A DNA stretch of 32,000 nucleotides from Buchnera aphidicola (Neophyllaphis podocarpi) (GCF_964059055.1 NZ_OZ060386.1:300001-332000); one strand, 5' to 3'. Shown: positions 10,091-21,489, numbered from the stretch's first letter. Notes: generated from the letters alone by a model not told the origin. Numbers and translations: made by a program.

Positions 10091-11404
10091 TTAAAAATGA
10101 CTAATATTTAAATATTCTTTAAAATAATTTGGAAAAGTTTTAGAAGTACATTGTGGATTTAAAATAGTCACAGAAAGATCAGATAATGATAATAGAGAAA
10201 AAGACATAGCCATTCTATGATCATTATAAGTATCTATAATTGCGTATTTAATTTTTAAAGGAGGGGTTATAGATATATAGTCATACCCTTCTATTACTTT
10301 AGCTCCAACTTTACGTAACTCAATTACCATAGCTTTAATTCTGTCGGTTTCTTTAACTCTCCAATTATAAATATTTCTAATTGTTGTAGTACCATTAGCA
10401 AATAAAGCAACTATTGCAATAGTCATAGCTGCATCAGGAATATGATTTAAATCCATATCAATTGAATTTAAAACATTTCTTGTGCAAGAAATATAATTAT
10501 TTCCTAAATGTATAATAGCTCCCATTTTTTTTAATACATGAATAAAATTAACATCTCCTTGTATACTATTTTTACCTACTCCTTTTACTTTTACAGTACC
10601 TCCTTTAATAGCTGCTGCAGCTAAAAAATAAGATGCAGAAGAGCTATCTCCTTCAACTATATATTTACCTAATGATTTATAAATTTGTTTAGATGGAATA
10701 TAAAATTCTTTATAATTTTTATTGATAAATAATATTCCAAATTGTTTCATTAGATTTAACGTTATATCTATATAAGGTTTAGATACTAAATTATTTTTTA
10801 ATTTAATTACAGTATCTATTTTACATAAAGGAGCAATCATTAATAAAGAACTTAAAAATTGACTTGAAATACTACCATCAATTGATATTTCACCTCCAAT
10901 AAAACCTCCTTTAATACTTATAGGAGGATAAAACTTTTTTTTATTATATGTAATATTGGCTCCCCCTTCTTTTAAAGCACTAACCAAATGTCCTATTGGC
11001 CTTTCTTGCATTCTTGAATCTCCAGTAAGAATTAAATTACAATCCTTAATTAAACTCAATAATGCAGTTAGTGGTCTAATAGCAGTTCCTGCATTACCTA
11101 AATAAATTGATTTTATGTTATTAGATATATTTAATGGCAAACCGTAACCGTGCACAATACAAATAAGTTTTTTTTCATTATAAAAATATTTTATACCCAA
11201 TATCTTTAAAGCATTTAACATGTATTTAGTATCATCACTATATAATAAATTATATATTTTTGTAATACCTTGAGCAATAGATGCCATAAGAAGAATACGA
11301 TTAGAAATACTCTTTGAACCAGGTAAAAAAACTTCTCCATTTATGTAATTTACTGGTTTCATATTTAAAGATTTATTCATAAAATTAAGCGCTCTCATTA
11401 ACAA
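10091..11404 (-). CDS. aroA: 3-phosphoshikimate 1-carboxyvinyltransferase (EPSP synthase)
   Basis: Motifs [36 protein letters not shown]. The true start is probably the third in-frame Met at 11380 (MNKSLNMKP...), which aligns with the E. coli N-terminus and gives 429 aa. Confidence 0.94.
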   Translation of the reverse strand: MLMRALNFMNKSLNMKPVNYINGEVFLPGSKSISNRILLMASIAQGITKIYNLLYSDDTKYMLNALKILGIKYFYNEKKLICIVHGYGLPLNISNNIKSIYLGNAGTAIRPLTALLSLIKDCNLILTGDSRMQERPIGHLVSALKEGGANITYNKKKFYPPISIKGGFIGGEISIDGSISSQFLSSLLMIAPLCKIDTVIKLKNNLVSKPYIDITLNLMKQFGILFINKNYKEFYIPSKQIYKSLGKYIVEGDSSSASYFLAAAAIKGGTVKVKGVGKNSIQGDVNFIHVLKKMGAIIHLGNNYISCTRNVLNSIDMDLNHIPDAAMTIAIVALFANGTTTIRNIYNWRVKETDRIKAMVIELRKVGAKVIEGYDYISITPPLKIKYAIIDTYNDHRMAMSFSLLSLSDLSVTILNPQCTSKTFPNYFKEYLNISHF

Positions 11405-11438
11405 TATTAAATAAAAACAAACAAAAATTATTTATTAC

Positions 11439-12524
11439 TTAAAAATACTTTTTTTCAAAGCTTAACATAAACTTTATTAACTTTTTAACTCCATCCAAAG
11501 GCATTGCATTATAAATAGATGCTCTTATACCTCCAATTATACTATGACCTTTAAGAGCATATAATCCATTTTTTAAGGCTTCTTTAAAAAATAACTTTTC
11601 TAATTTTATCTTAGATAAATTAAAAGTAACATTCATTATAGATCTATTTTTAATATTTATATTGTTAAAATAAAGATTACTGTTATCTATAGCTTCATAC
11701 AACAATTTTGCTTTCAATCTATTTATCTTATAAATTTCATTTATTCCACCTTTATCTATTAACCATTTAAATACTAATCCGGCAAGATACCAAGAAAATG
11801 TTGGAGGAGTATTAAACATAGACTTGTATTTATTTAAGATTTGATAATTTAAAAATGATGGAAGAATTCTATTAGAAATATTTAATAACTTTTCATGTAA
11901 AATTACTATTGTAATCCCTGAAGGTCCTATATTTTTTTGTGCTCCAGCATAAATTAAACTATAATTATTAATATTTATGGGTTGAGATAAAATAAAAGAG
12001 GAAAAATCTCCTACTACAATTTTATTATCAAATTTAGGTTCTTCATGAATAGCTATTCCTTCAATTGTTTCATTAGGACAATAATGTATGTAATCTATTT
12101 TATCATTTAAACACCAATGACTCATTGGTATTATTGACTTTTTACCATTTTCTATAGTCCTTACATTTAATATATTAGAATTACAATATTTTTTAGATTC
12201 TATAACTGCACTGTTACTCCAATAACCACTACAAATATAATCAGCTATATTATAATTTTTTAATAAATTTAATGGTATAGCTGAAAATTGTCCTCTAGCA
12301 CCTCCCTGAACAAATAAAATTTTATAAGACATAGGAATATTTAATAAGATTCTTAGATTATTTTCAACTTCTTCTGTCATACAAATAAACTCTTTACTTC
12401 TATGACTAATCTCCATAACAGAAGCACCCATTTTGTTCCAGTTTTTTAAATCTTTTTTTGCTATAGATAATACTTCTTCAGGTAAAGTAGCAGGACCGGC
12501 ACTAAAATTATATATTCTAGACAT
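11439..12524 (-). CDS. serC: Phosphoserine aminotransferase
   Basis: Motifs IYNFSAGPA and YAGAQKNIGPSG (PLP-lysine). 361 aa. serC-aroA tandem as in E. coli. Confidence 0.94.
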   Translation of the reverse strand: MSRIYNFSAGPATLPEEVLSIAKKDLKNWNKMGASVMEISHRSKEFICMTEEVENNLRILLNIPMSYKILFVQGGARGQFSAIPLNLLKNYNIADYICSGYWSNSAVIESKKYCNSNILNVRTIENGKKSIIPMSHWCLNDKIDYIHYCPNETIEGIAIHEEPKFDNKIVVGDFSSFILSQPININNYSLIYAGAQKNIGPSGITIVILHEKLLNISNRILPSFLNYQILNKYKSMFNTPPTFSWYLAGLVFKWLIDKGGINEIYKINRLKAKLLYEAIDNSNLYFNNINIKNRSIMNVTFNLSKIKLEKLFFKEALKNGLYALKGHSIIGGIRASIYNAMPLDGVKKLIKFMLSFEKKYF

Positions 12525-12621
12525 AATTTAACCAAATAATGAAGTTAATTTTTTTAATATAAATATTTTTATAATTAAATTTTTATGTAAAAACACTTTT
12601 GTTAAAATAAATAATATATTT

Positions 12622-13911
12622 TCAATCAATATATTTTATCCCATGCATATATTTTTCTATTAATATTTTAGGTACTTTAATTCTACCATCTTTTTCTTGA
12701 TTATTTTCCATAATTGCAGCTAATGTACGTCCTAAAGCTAAACCTGAACCATTTAAAGTATGTACAAAATCTATTTTTTGACTTTTTTTACATCTAAATT
12801 TTGATTTCATACGTCTTGATTGAAAATCAGACATATTAGAACATGAAGAAATTTCGCGATATTTATTTTGAGAAGGAAACCAAACTTCCAAATCATAAGT
12901 TTTAGTAGAAGCAAAACTCATATTTTCTGCAGTTAATAATATTTTTCTATAAGGAAGATTTAATAATCTTAAAATCATTTCAGCATGAGAAGTTACTTCT
13001 TCTAATGCTTTCATAGAATTTTCTGGTTTTACAATTTGTACTATCTCTACTTTATCAAATTGATGTAATCTAATTAATCCTTTACTATCTGTACCATAAG
13101 ATAAATTTTCTGCACGAAAACATGGAGTATGAGCAGTAAATTTTAAAGGTAAAATTTTATCTTCTAAAATTTGACCTGAAACTAAATTAGTTAACGGAAC
13201 TTCTGATGTAGGAATTAAAGAATATTTATTAAAAATATTATCATTTTTTTTAATATGAAATAAATCATTTTCAAATTTAGGTAATTGACCAGTAGAATAC
13301 ATACTTGAATAATTTGATAAATAAGGAACATAAACTTCTAAGTAACCATTTTTATTGGTATGAATGTCTAACATAAATTGACCTAAAGCTCTATGTAACA
13401 AAGCAGTTTTACCTTTCATTAACACAAAACGAGATCCGGAAATTTTAGCTGCTGTAGACCAATCTAAACCATTGTTTTTTATTCCTAATTCAATATGATC
13501 CTTTATTTTAAAATCATATTTAGGAATACAACCCCAACGACCAACTTCTTTTCCATTTTTATATTTATTTTTATTAGGTAACTTATCATCTGGTATATTA
13601 GGAATCGTTTGTACAAAATTATTTATTTGTTTTTTTAAAAAGCGTAATTTATCTTGATAACTTTCTAAATTTAATGATATTTTTTTTGCTTTTTCAAACA
13701 AAATTTTTAGATTTTCACCTAATATTTTTTTTTGACCAATTAGTTTAGAGATTTTATTACGATTTGATTGCAATAATTCAGTTTTAATTTGCAAGTTTTT
13801 TCTTTCATTTTCAATGAATTTTATATATTTTATATCTAACTTAAAACTTCGTTCTGACAATTTTTTAGCTAACCAATCTAAATCGTTACGTAAAATTTTT
13901 AAACTAATCAT
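12622..13911 (-). CDS. serS: Seryl-tRNA synthetase
   Basis: N-terminal coiled-coil arm. Class II motifs TPCFRAE and NGSGLALGRTLAAIMEN. 429 aa. Confidence 0.95.
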   Translation of the reverse strand: MISLKILRNDLDWLAKKLSERSFKLDIKYIKFIENERKNLQIKTELLQSNRNKISKLIGQKKILGENLKILFEKAKKISLNLESYQDKLRFLKKQINNFVQTIPNIPDDKLPNKNKYKNGKEVGRWGCIPKYDFKIKDHIELGIKNNGLDWSTAAKISGSRFVLMKGKTALLHRALGQFMLDIHTNKNGYLEVYVPYLSNYSSMYSTGQLPKFENDLFHIKKNDNIFNKYSLIPTSEVPLTNLVSGQILEDKILPLKFTAHTPCFRAENLSYGTDSKGLIRLHQFDKVEIVQIVKPENSMKALEEVTSHAEMILRLLNLPYRKILLTAENMSFASTKTYDLEVWFPSQNKYREISSCSNMSDFQSRRMKSKFRCKKSQKIDFVHTLNGSGLALGRTLAAIMENNQEKDGRIKVPKILIEKYMHGIKYID

Positions 13912-14049
13912 ATATAATTTTAACCTATATAATATGTATTAAGATAGAGCTTTGAAAAAAATAGTAATTAATAGTTTTATATTGTATAATAATACAATCA
14001 TTATGTAACTCAACATTATTTTTATAAAATAAAATTTTTATTTAAAATT

Positions 14050-15015
14050 ATGAAAAATATACCATACAAAAGTAGTAAATTAATAATTATAGGATCAGGT
14101 CCAGCAGGTTATACTGCATCTATTTATGCAGCTAGAGCTAATTTAAAACCAATACTAATTACAGGATTAGAAAAAGGAGGACAATTAGTAAAAACTAATA
14201 GCATAGAAAATTGGCCTGGAGATATTAATGAACTAAAAGGTATATCTTTAATGGATAGAATGCATAAACATGCAATAAAATTTAATGTAGAAATTATATA
14301 TGATTTTATAAATAATGTAGAATTTGATTCTTATCCATTTATATTAAAAGGGGAAAAAGTAATATATCAAGCTAAATCTGTAATTATTGCTACTGGATCT
14401 TCAGCAAAATATTTAAATTTAAAATATGAAGAAAAATTTATAGGAAAAGGAATTTCTACATGCGCTATATGTGATGGATTTTTATACAAAAACAAAATAG
14501 TAGCGGTTGTAGGAGGGGGAAATACAGCTGTAGAAGAAGCTTTATACCTATCTAACATAGTTTCATATGTGTATCTAATACATAGAAGAGAAAAGTTTAC
14601 AGCGGAAAAAATTTTATTAAAACGTTTAAAAACAAAAATTAAAGATAAAAAAATTATTTTAAAAACTAATTTAGTTGTGAATGAAATAATAGGAAACGAA
14701 AATAGCATAACTAAAATTGTATTAAAATCAAGTATAAATCTAAATATTAAAGAACAAATTAAAATACATGGTTTATTTGTTGCTATAGGTCATAATCCTA
14801 ATTCTAATATTTTTAAAAATAAATTAGTTATGAAAAATGGGTATATAAAAACAAAACTACAAAAAAATTCCGCATATACTGAGACTAGTATTGCTGGAAT
14901 ATTTGCAGCAGGAGATGTTACATATGCATCATATAAACAAGCAATAACTTCTGCTGCAAGTGGTTGTATGGCAGCATTAGACGCAGAGCGTTATTTAAAC
15001 AAAATTAGCAATTAA
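14050..15015 (+). CDS. trxB: Thioredoxin reductase
   Basis: GSGPAGYTA (FAD site), redox-active CAICDG, GGGNTAVEEALYL (NADPH site). 321 aa, the same length as E. coli. Confidence 0.95.
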   Translation: MKNIPYKSSKLIIIGSGPAGYTASIYAARANLKPILITGLEKGGQLVKTNSIENWPGDINELKGISLMDRMHKHAIKFNVEIIYDFINNVEFDSYPFILKGEKVIYQAKSVIIATGSSAKYLNLKYEEKFIGKGISTCAICDGFLYKNKIVAVVGGGNTAVEEALYLSNIVSYVYLIHRREKFTAEKILLKRLKTKIKDKKIILKTNLVVNEIIGNENSITKIVLKSSINLNIKEQIKIHGLFVAIGHNPNSNIFKNKLVMKNGYIKTKLQKNSAYTETSIAGIFAAGDVTYASYKQAITSAASGCMAALDAERYLNKISN

Positions 15016-15054
15016 TAAAATATTACAAATATACAAAAAATTTTTGAGGATAAA

Positions 15055-15273
15055 ATGAATAAAGAAGAAAACATTGAAATGCAAGGAACTGTAATAGATA
15101 CTTTACCTAATACAATGTTTAGAGTGGAATTAGAAAACAAACATAAAATAATAGCTCACATATCTGGAAAAATGAGAAAAAATTATATTAGAATTTTGAC
15201 AGGAGATAAAGTAACTGTAGAAATTACTCCATATGATTTAAGTAAAGGAAGAATAATTTTTCGCAGCAGATGA
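15055..15273 (+). CDS. infA: Translation initiation factor IF-1
   Basis: 72 aa, nearly colinear and identical with E. coli IF1 ([20 protein letters not shown]...[35 protein letters not shown]). GAGGA RBS. Confidence 0.97.
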   Translation: MNKEENIEMQGTVIDTLPNTMFRVELENKHKIIAHISGKMRKNYIRILTGDKVTVEITPYDLSKGRIIFRSR

Positions 15274-15424
15274 TGATCAATAATAATTTAATTATATATA
15301 AATTTATAATTATAAAAAACAAAAAATATATTTATTTAAAATTAAATAAAAATTTTTCAAAAATTAAAAATTAATTAATTTTTTTGTAAAAACTATTAAG
15401 TAAAATTTAGGAAATATAATAAAT

Positions 15425-17179
15425 ATGAGAACTACTTATTGCGGTAAGATAAATATTTCACATTTGAATAATGAAGTTGTATTATGCGGATGGGTAAATT
15501 CTTATAGAAATACTGGAAATATTATATTTATAGATTTACGTGATTGTTCAGGAATAATACAAATATGTTTTAATAAAAATAAAAATCAATCTTTCAAAAA
15601 AGCTATAAAACTAAGAAATGAATTTTGCATACAAATAGTAGGATTGGTTAAAAAAAGAAAAACTAATAATATTAATTATAATTTAATAAATGGGAATATA
15701 GAAATACAATCTAATAAACTAAATATTTTAAACACTACAAAATCTTTACCTATAGATAATTTAAAAAATAATAGCGAATTATTAAAACTAAAATATCGTT
15801 ATTTAGATTTAAGAAGATTATCTATGTTTAATAAGATAAAAGTCAGAGATAGTATAAAAAATATTGTACGTAATTTTATGAAAAAAAATAATTTCTTAGA
15901 TATAGAAACACCTTTTTTAACAAATTCTACACCAGAGGGAGCAAGAGATTACTTAGTACCTAGTAGAATACATAAAGGAAAATTTTATGCATTACCACAA
16001 TCACCACAAATATTTAAACAATTATTAATGATATCAGGATTCGATAGATATTATCAGATTGTTAAATGTTTTAGAGATGAAGATTTTAGGTCTGATAGAC
16101 AACCAGAATTTACACAAATAGATATCGAAATTTCTTTTATATCTAAAAATAAAATTCTAATTTTAATAGAAAACATGATTAAAATAATATGGAAGAAAAT
16201 TAAAAATATTGAATTAAAAAATTTTCCTAGAATTACATTTAAAGAATCTATGAATAAATACGGATCAGACAAACCAGACATTAGAAATCCTATAGAATTA
16301 ATAGACGTTAGTTGTATCTTTAAAAAATTAAATTTTGATATTTTTAAAAAACACATAAATAACAAGTTAAGTCGTATAGCTGCAATTTCAGTATCTAATA
16401 TAAAAAAAATAAATAAAAGTAAAATTAAAGAATATACAAAAATTGTACAACAAAATGGAGCTAAAAATTTATTATGGATATTAATTGAAAAAATAGACAG
16501 CAATCTTATAAAGATTAAAAGTCCTATAAAGAAATTTTTAAATATAGAAGTATTAAAGAATTTAATAAAAATTACAAAGTCTAAAGAACTAGATGTTATA
16601 TTTATAATAGCTGATTTAAAAAAAATTACTAACAAATCTCTTGGAGCATTAAGATCAAAATTAGGAAATGAGTCAGGAATTATAAATAAATCATCGTACC
16701 AACCTATATGGATAACAGATTTTCCTTTATTTAAAAAAAATAAAAATGGAAATTTATCTTCTATGCATCATCCATTTACAGCTCCTCTAAATGCAGACAA
16801 TAAAAATATCAAAGAACAACCTAATAGTATATTATCTGATTCATACGATTTAGTAATTAATGGATATGAAATAGGAGGCGGATCAGTAAGAATTAACGAT
16901 CACATATTACAAGTTCTAATTTTTAATTTAATAGGATTAAGTGAAAAAGAGCAATATAATCAATTTGGTTATTTGATAGAGGCTCTGAAGTATGGAGCTC
17001 CCCCACATGCAGGTATAGCTTTAGGATTAGATAGATTAGTGATGTTATTAACTAACTCTAAAAATATAAGAGATGTAATAGCATTTCCCAAAACTACAGC
17101 TGCATCATGTCTAATGACTACAGCACCTAATAAAATATCAAAAGATATATTAAAAGAATTATATATAGAAATAAAATAA
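15425..17179 (+). CDS. aspS: Aspartyl-tRNA synthetase
   Basis: Motifs [49 protein letters not shown]. 584 aa. Confidence 0.95.
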   Translation: MRTTYCGKINISHLNNEVVLCGWVNSYRNTGNIIFIDLRDCSGIIQICFNKNKNQSFKKAIKLRNEFCIQIVGLVKKRKTNNINYNLINGNIEIQSNKLNILNTTKSLPIDNLKNNSELLKLKYRYLDLRRLSMFNKIKVRDSIKNIVRNFMKKNNFLDIETPFLTNSTPEGARDYLVPSRIHKGKFYALPQSPQIFKQLLMISGFDRYYQIVKCFRDEDFRSDRQPEFTQIDIEISFISKNKILILIENMIKIIWKKIKNIELKNFPRITFKESMNKYGSDKPDIRNPIELIDVSCIFKKLNFDIFKKHINNKLSRIAAISVSNIKKINKSKIKEYTKIVQQNGAKNLLWILIEKIDSNLIKIKSPIKKFLNIEVLKNLIKITKSKELDVIFIIADLKKITNKSLGALRSKLGNESGIINKSSYQPIWITDFPLFKKNKNGNLSSMHHPFTAPLNADNKNIKEQPNSILSDSYDLVINGYEIGGGSVRINDHILQVLIFNLIGLSEKEQYNQFGYLIEALKYGAPPHAGIALGLDRLVMLLTNSKNIRDVIAFPKTTAASCLMTTAPNKISKDILKELYIEIK

Positions 17180-17198
17180 TTAATTTAATTAAATAAAA

Positions 17199-17993
17199 CT
17201 ATTTTAAAAATAAACTAATTATAAAAATAAATGAAGCACACAACACAATTGTAGGGCTAACTGGTATATTTAATAATAAAGATAAAAACATACCCAAAGT
17301 AATAGATATCATACATATTAAACTTGACATAACAGCTACTTGATCTGGAGAATTACAAAATCTTTGTACAATAGCTGTAGGCATGATAATTAAAGATGTA
17401 ATTATTAATGCTCCAAATACTTTTATTGAGACACTAATAGTTAAAGTTATAATTAACATTAATAATAAACGATTATATAATAAATTAATTCCATCTACTT
17501 TAGCTAATTCTGGATTTATTGTAATAAATAAAATAATACGCCATTTCCATAATAATATTAATAAAACAAATATAGTAATTATAAATATAATTAATAGATG
17601 TAATAATGTTACAGAAAAAATATCACCAAATAAATATGAATTAAAATCTATATTTTTAGATTTTGATAACAAACTTATTAATATCATACCTAAAGATAAA
17701 GAAGTATGAGCAATAATACCTAAAATTGTATCTAAAGAAAGGTATGAAGAATTATCTTCTAATAACAGAATAATTAAAGATAAAATCAAAGTAATTATAA
17801 TTATAGAATAAAAAGGATTTGCATTAAATAAAAAACCCAATGCAAAACCTAAGAGCGCTGCATGAGATATAGTATCTCCAAAAGAAGACATTTTTTTCCA
17901 CACCATTAAAGATCCTAGAGGTCCTATAGTTAAAGTAAGTAACATACCTCCAATCCATCCTGGTAAAAATAATTTGATCATAATAAAAATCAA
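17199..17993 (-). CDS. znuB: Zinc ABC transporter permease
   Basis: Polytopic ABC-3 family permease colinear with E. coli ZnuB (LFLPGWIGGML..., SFGDTISHAALLG). The start is more likely the Met at 17981 (MIKLFLPGW versus E. coli MIELLFPGW). It lies downstream of znuC. Confidence 0.88.
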   Translation of the reverse strand: MIFIMIKLFLPGWIGGMLLTLTIGPLGSLMVWKKMSSFGDTISHAALLGFALGFLFNANPFYSIIIITLILSLIILLLEDNSSYLSLDTILGIIAHTSLSLGMILISLLSKSKNIDFNSYLFGDIFSVTLLHLLIIFIITIFVLLILLWKWRIILFITINPELAKVDGINLLYNRLLLMLIITLTISVSIKVFGALIITSLIIMPTAIVQRFCNSPDQVAVMSSLICMISITLGMFLSLLLNIPVSPTIVLCASFIFIISLFLK

Positions 17994-18009
17994 CTCTTAT
18001 ATATAAAAA

Positions 18010-18714
18010 TTAAACATCATGATTATGGTAGTATACGGCTAATTGTTTTAAAGCTGATTTACCAAACATAGAAATAAACTCTAAATTTTTTGAAATTATT
18101 TCAGGTGTACCAGAACAACAAACATGACGATTAATACATATAACATCATCAGTTTTTGCCATAATTAAATTTAAATCATGTGATACTATAAGAATAGTAC
18201 AATTTAATTCATATCTTATTTGATTAATTAACTTATATAAAAATAATTGCCCTTTTATATCTACACCTTGAGTCGGTTCATCCAAAATTAATAATTTAGG
18301 TTTATTTGATAATGCACGAGCAAGTAATATTTTTTGCATTTCTCCAACAGATAAAGAATTTAATTTAAAATATTGTAAATGAATAGCATGTACACGATTT
18401 AATAATTTACTTACAGTATCTGTATTAACTTTATAATTTAAACACATAAATTTGTTCACAGTAATAGGTATTAATTTATTAAAATTCAGTTTCTGAGGTA
18501 CATAACCTATTTTTAAGTCTGGATTTCTAATTAATTTACCTGAATCAGGATATATTAAACCTAATATAATACGTATTAGAGTTGATTTACCAGCTCCATT
18601 AGGACCTAATAATGTAAGAATTCTCTTATATTTTAAAGACATAGAAATATTAGACAAAATAATTCTATTGCTTAATTTCAAACTAATTTTTTTTAAAATG
18701 ATAATTGGTTTCAT
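18010..18714 (-). CDS. znuC: Zinc ABC transporter ATP-binding protein
   Basis: Walker A GPNGAGKST, signature LSVGEMQ, Walker B LLILDEPTQGVD. 234 aa. Adjacent to znuB. Confidence 0.9.
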   Translation of the reverse strand: MKPIIILKKISLKLSNRIILSNISMSLKYKRILTLLGPNGAGKSTLIRIILGLIYPDSGKLIRNPDLKIGYVPQKLNFNKLIPITVNKFMCLNYKVNTDTVSKLLNRVHAIHLQYFKLNSLSVGEMQKILLARALSNKPKLLILDEPTQGVDIKGQLFLYKLINQIRYELNCTILIVSHDLNLIMAKTDDVICINRHVCCSGTPEIISKNLEFISMFGKSALKQLAVYYHNHDV

Positions 18715-18860
18715 AAAAATAAATAGTATATTTTATTAAGAATATAATTCTACAATATTTTTTAATATATGATATAATACGATTGAAATTTATGACAAAA
18801 ATTAATTACAACCATTAATATACTAAAAGTTGCCTATGCAAAATCTTAAGGAAAAGTCAA

Positions 18861-19616
18861 GTGCAGCTAAATCATATTCAAAATACATTATTAGGATTTC
18901 TTTTAAAAATTTATTTAAATAAAATTATTTTAATTTCATTTAAAACATTTAATTTTTTATTTATATTTTTTTATTTAATAATATCACAATTAAAAAATAA
19001 TTTATCAAATTGTGATGTAATAAATATTTATTCAAAAAAATATTATATTAGTAATATTAACAATAATAAAAAAAAAATTTATTTTACTAAAAATAATTAT
19101 AATAAAAGCTCTATATATAGAATAAAAAAAAAATATTCAAAAAAAAATAACAAAAGTTTTCATAAAATTACACCAAAATTTATAATAATTCCAACATTAA
19201 AACAATATAGAATATCATCAAATTTTAACATTAATAGAGTAAACCCAATTACAAAAAGAATAACACCCCATTATGGAGTAGATTTGGCTATGCCAATAGG
19301 TACTCCAATAATAGCAACAAGTAATGGTATTGTAATAGCAGCTAAATATAGTATTAGCGCGGGAAATTATGTAACATTGAGACATGGTTGTAAATACATA
19401 ACTAGGTATATGCACATGAAAAAAATACTAGTAAAATTAGGAAAAATAGTTAAAATAGGTGATAAAATTGGAGTTTCTGGAAATACTGGTAGATCAACAG
19501 GTCCTCATTTACACTATGAAATATGGATACAAAATAAAGCAGTTAATCCTATGACAATAAATTTGTCTTTAATAAAAGATTTTAATAAAAAATATAAGAT
19601 GTTAAAAAATGATTAA
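18861..19616 (+). CDS. mepM: Murein DD-endopeptidase MepM/YebA (M23 family), strongly shortened
   Basis: C-terminal M23/LytM domain with [14 protein letters not shown] and [12 protein letters not shown]. The GTG start at 18861 gives M-Q-L, like E. coli MQQ..., and has an AAGGA RBS at 18848-18852. Only 251 aa versus about 440 in E. coli. Confidence 0.85.
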   Translation: MQLNHIQNTLLGFLLKIYLNKIILISFKTFNFLFIFFYLIISQLKNNLSNCDVINIYSKKYYISNINNNKKKIYFTKNNYNKSSIYRIKKKYSKKNNKSFHKITPKFIIIPTLKQYRISSNFNINRVNPITKRITPHYGVDLAMPIGTPIIATSNGIVIAAKYSISAGNYVTLRHGCKYITRYMHMKKILVKLGKIVKIGDKIGVSGNTGRSTGPHLHYEIWIQNKAVNPMTINLSLIKDFNKKYKMLKND

Positions 19617-19636
19617 ATTAAAAAAATTTTAAAAAT

Positions 19637-21076
19637 TTATGCTATAATAATTCTTAAAGTATTTGTTTTTCCTATTGAATCCATAACATCTCCTTGAGTA
19701 AAAATTACTAAATCTTTTTTAAATAATAATTGTTTTTTCTTTAATAAATCAATTGCATCATAAGCAACAGCAATTCCTTCGCTTTTAGCATTAAAATATA
19801 TAGGAGTTACACCTCTGTATAAAGAAACTAAATTTAAAGTTTCAAAATGACGTGACATAGCAAAAATTGGTAAACCTGAAGTAATTCTAGATGTCATCAA
19901 TGCTGTTTTTCCAGATTCAGTTAAAGTAATTATAGCGCTAACTCCAAATAAATGATTAGCAGCATACATACTAGACATTGCTATAGTTTCTTCTATACTA
20001 AAAAATTTTGAATCTACTCTATGCTTAGAGACATTAATACTTGGAACTTTTTCAGCCCCTTTGCATATTTTAGACATCATAGTTACAGTTTCAATTGGAT
20101 ATAATCCGGTTGCAGTTTCAGCTGATAACATTACAGCATCACTACCATCTAATACAGCATTTGATACATCCATAACTTCTGCTCTAGTTGGAGTTGGATT
20201 ATTAATCATAGATTCCATCATTTGTGTAGCAGTAATAACAATTTTATTTAATTTACGCGCTCTACTTATTAATATCTTTTGTATTCCTGCTAATTCAGAG
20301 TCACCAATTTCTATTCCTAAATCTCCTCTAGCTACCATGATAGCATCAGATGATAAAATCATATCATCAATAGATTTTAAATTTGCAACAACTTCAGCTC
20401 TTTCTATTTTCGCAATTATCTTAGCATTACTACCTGCTTTATTTAATAAAAAACGAGTCATATTAATATCTTTGCTAGAAAATGGAAATGAAACAGCTAA
20501 ATAATCTACTTTAATTTTTGATGCCATGATAATATCTTTTTTATCTTTTTCTGTTAATGTTTTAGCAGAAATTCCACCGCCTAACTTATTAATTCCTTTA
20601 TTATTTGAAAGGATACCTCCAACTAATACTTTGGTAAAAATTTTATTAATACTTACATCTAAAACTTTTAATTTAATTTTACCATCATCTAATAATAAAA
20701 TATCATTTTTTATAATATCCAAAGGCAATTTTTTATAATCTATTCCTACTTTAAATTTATCACCTTCATTTTCATCTAATAAAGTATCTAACAAAAATAA
20801 TTCTCCTGATTTTAAATATACTTTATTTTCTTTAAATTTAGATATTCTAATTTTAGGTCCTTGTAAATCACCCAAAATAGCTATATGTAAACCTAATTTT
20901 TGTCTAATTTTAGCAATTTGTTTAGCTCTAAATTTATGGTCTTCAATTGTACCATGAGAAAAATTTAATCTTACTACATTAACTCCAGCTCTAATAATTT
21001 TTTCAAGATTACTATTTATATCAGTAGCAGGTCCTAAAGTTGCAACTATTTTAGTACGTCTTAATCTTTTTTTCAT
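19637..21076 (-). CDS. pykA: Pyruvate kinase II
   Basis: 479 aa, colinear with E. coli PykA from the N-terminus ([38 protein letters not shown]). It matches PykA rather than PykF. Confidence 0.95.
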   Translation of the reverse strand: MKKRLRRTKIVATLGPATDINSNLEKIIRAGVNVVRLNFSHGTIEDHKFRAKQIAKIRQKLGLHIAILGDLQGPKIRISKFKENKVYLKSGELFLLDTLLDENEGDKFKVGIDYKKLPLDIIKNDILLLDDGKIKLKVLDVSINKIFTKVLVGGILSNNKGINKLGGGISAKTLTEKDKKDIIMASKIKVDYLAVSFPFSSKDINMTRFLLNKAGSNAKIIAKIERAEVVANLKSIDDMILSSDAIMVARGDLGIEIGDSELAGIQKILISRARKLNKIVITATQMMESMINNPTPTRAEVMDVSNAVLDGSDAVMLSAETATGLYPIETVTMMSKICKGAEKVPSINVSKHRVDSKFFSIEETIAMSSMYAANHLFGVSAIITLTESGKTALMTSRITSGLPIFAMSRHFETLNLVSLYRGVTPIYFNAKSEGIAVAYDAIDLLKKKQLLFKKDLVIFTQGDVMDSIGKTNTLRIIIA

Positions 21077-21489
21077 ATAAAATCTCTCTTAAAAAGATAG
21101 ATAAATTATTTATTTATAAATTAATATTTTTAATATCAAAAATATTATTGTTTATTTTTCATATTAAATATAAGAATATATTAAACATAATAAAATATAA
21201 AGTATATTTATTTCTACTTTTAAAATTTAATATTTAAATATATAATAAAAACTAATTATTTAATTAAATCATATAGCCTTATTATCATTCATATCCATTA
21301 TTTTCATATTAATTTAAATAATTTTTCCTATATTAATTTTTTATTAAAAATAATAAAAAATTAATAATAATACACTAATACCAAAAAAAATTAATTATCT
21401 ATTGAAACTTATCAAAATATTTTTATATTTAACAAAATTTTATAAATTAAATAATTTTATTCATTAAATATTAGGAAATTATAGTAACT

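Noticed and set aside
14367-14708. 113-aa minus-strand ORF inside trxB
   Set aside because: It is antisense to trxB, which is full length with all cofactor motifs.
15366-15383. Perfect 18-bp palindrome aaaaattaattaattttt after infA, and similar AT-only palindromes (e.g. 13981-13998 attgtataataatacaat between serS and trxB; taaaatttta between glpF and tpiA)
   Set aside because: All-A/T or nearly all-A/T palindromes are expected frequently by chance at this base composition. They would form very weak hairpins, so I cannot distinguish them from background without a statistical scan.
16054-16635. 193-aa ORF on the minus strand inside aspS
   Set aside because: It is entirely antisense to the well-conserved aspS. 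Its Phe/Ile/Leu-rich low-complexity translation is the mirror image of the Lys/Asn/Ile-rich sense sequence. It has no recognisable motifs.
17383-17709. 108-aa plus-strand ORF inside znuB
   Set aside because: It is antisense to the znuB permease, low in complexity, and shows no homology that I recognise.
18715-18860. Search for a Zur operator (palindrome like GAAATGTTATAATATAACATTTC) in the znuC-mepM spacer
   Set aside because: No convincing dyad is present. The segment atatgatataatacgat is not palindromic.
19218-19415. 65-aa minus-strand ORF inside mepM
   Set aside because: It is antisense to the conserved M23 catalytic domain.
20061-20738. 147-aa and 70-aa plus-strand ORFs inside pykA
   Set aside because: They are antisense to a full-length, colinear pykA. 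They have no RBS and no motifs. Such antisense frames stay open by chance opposite conserved genes with few TTA/CTA/TCA codons.
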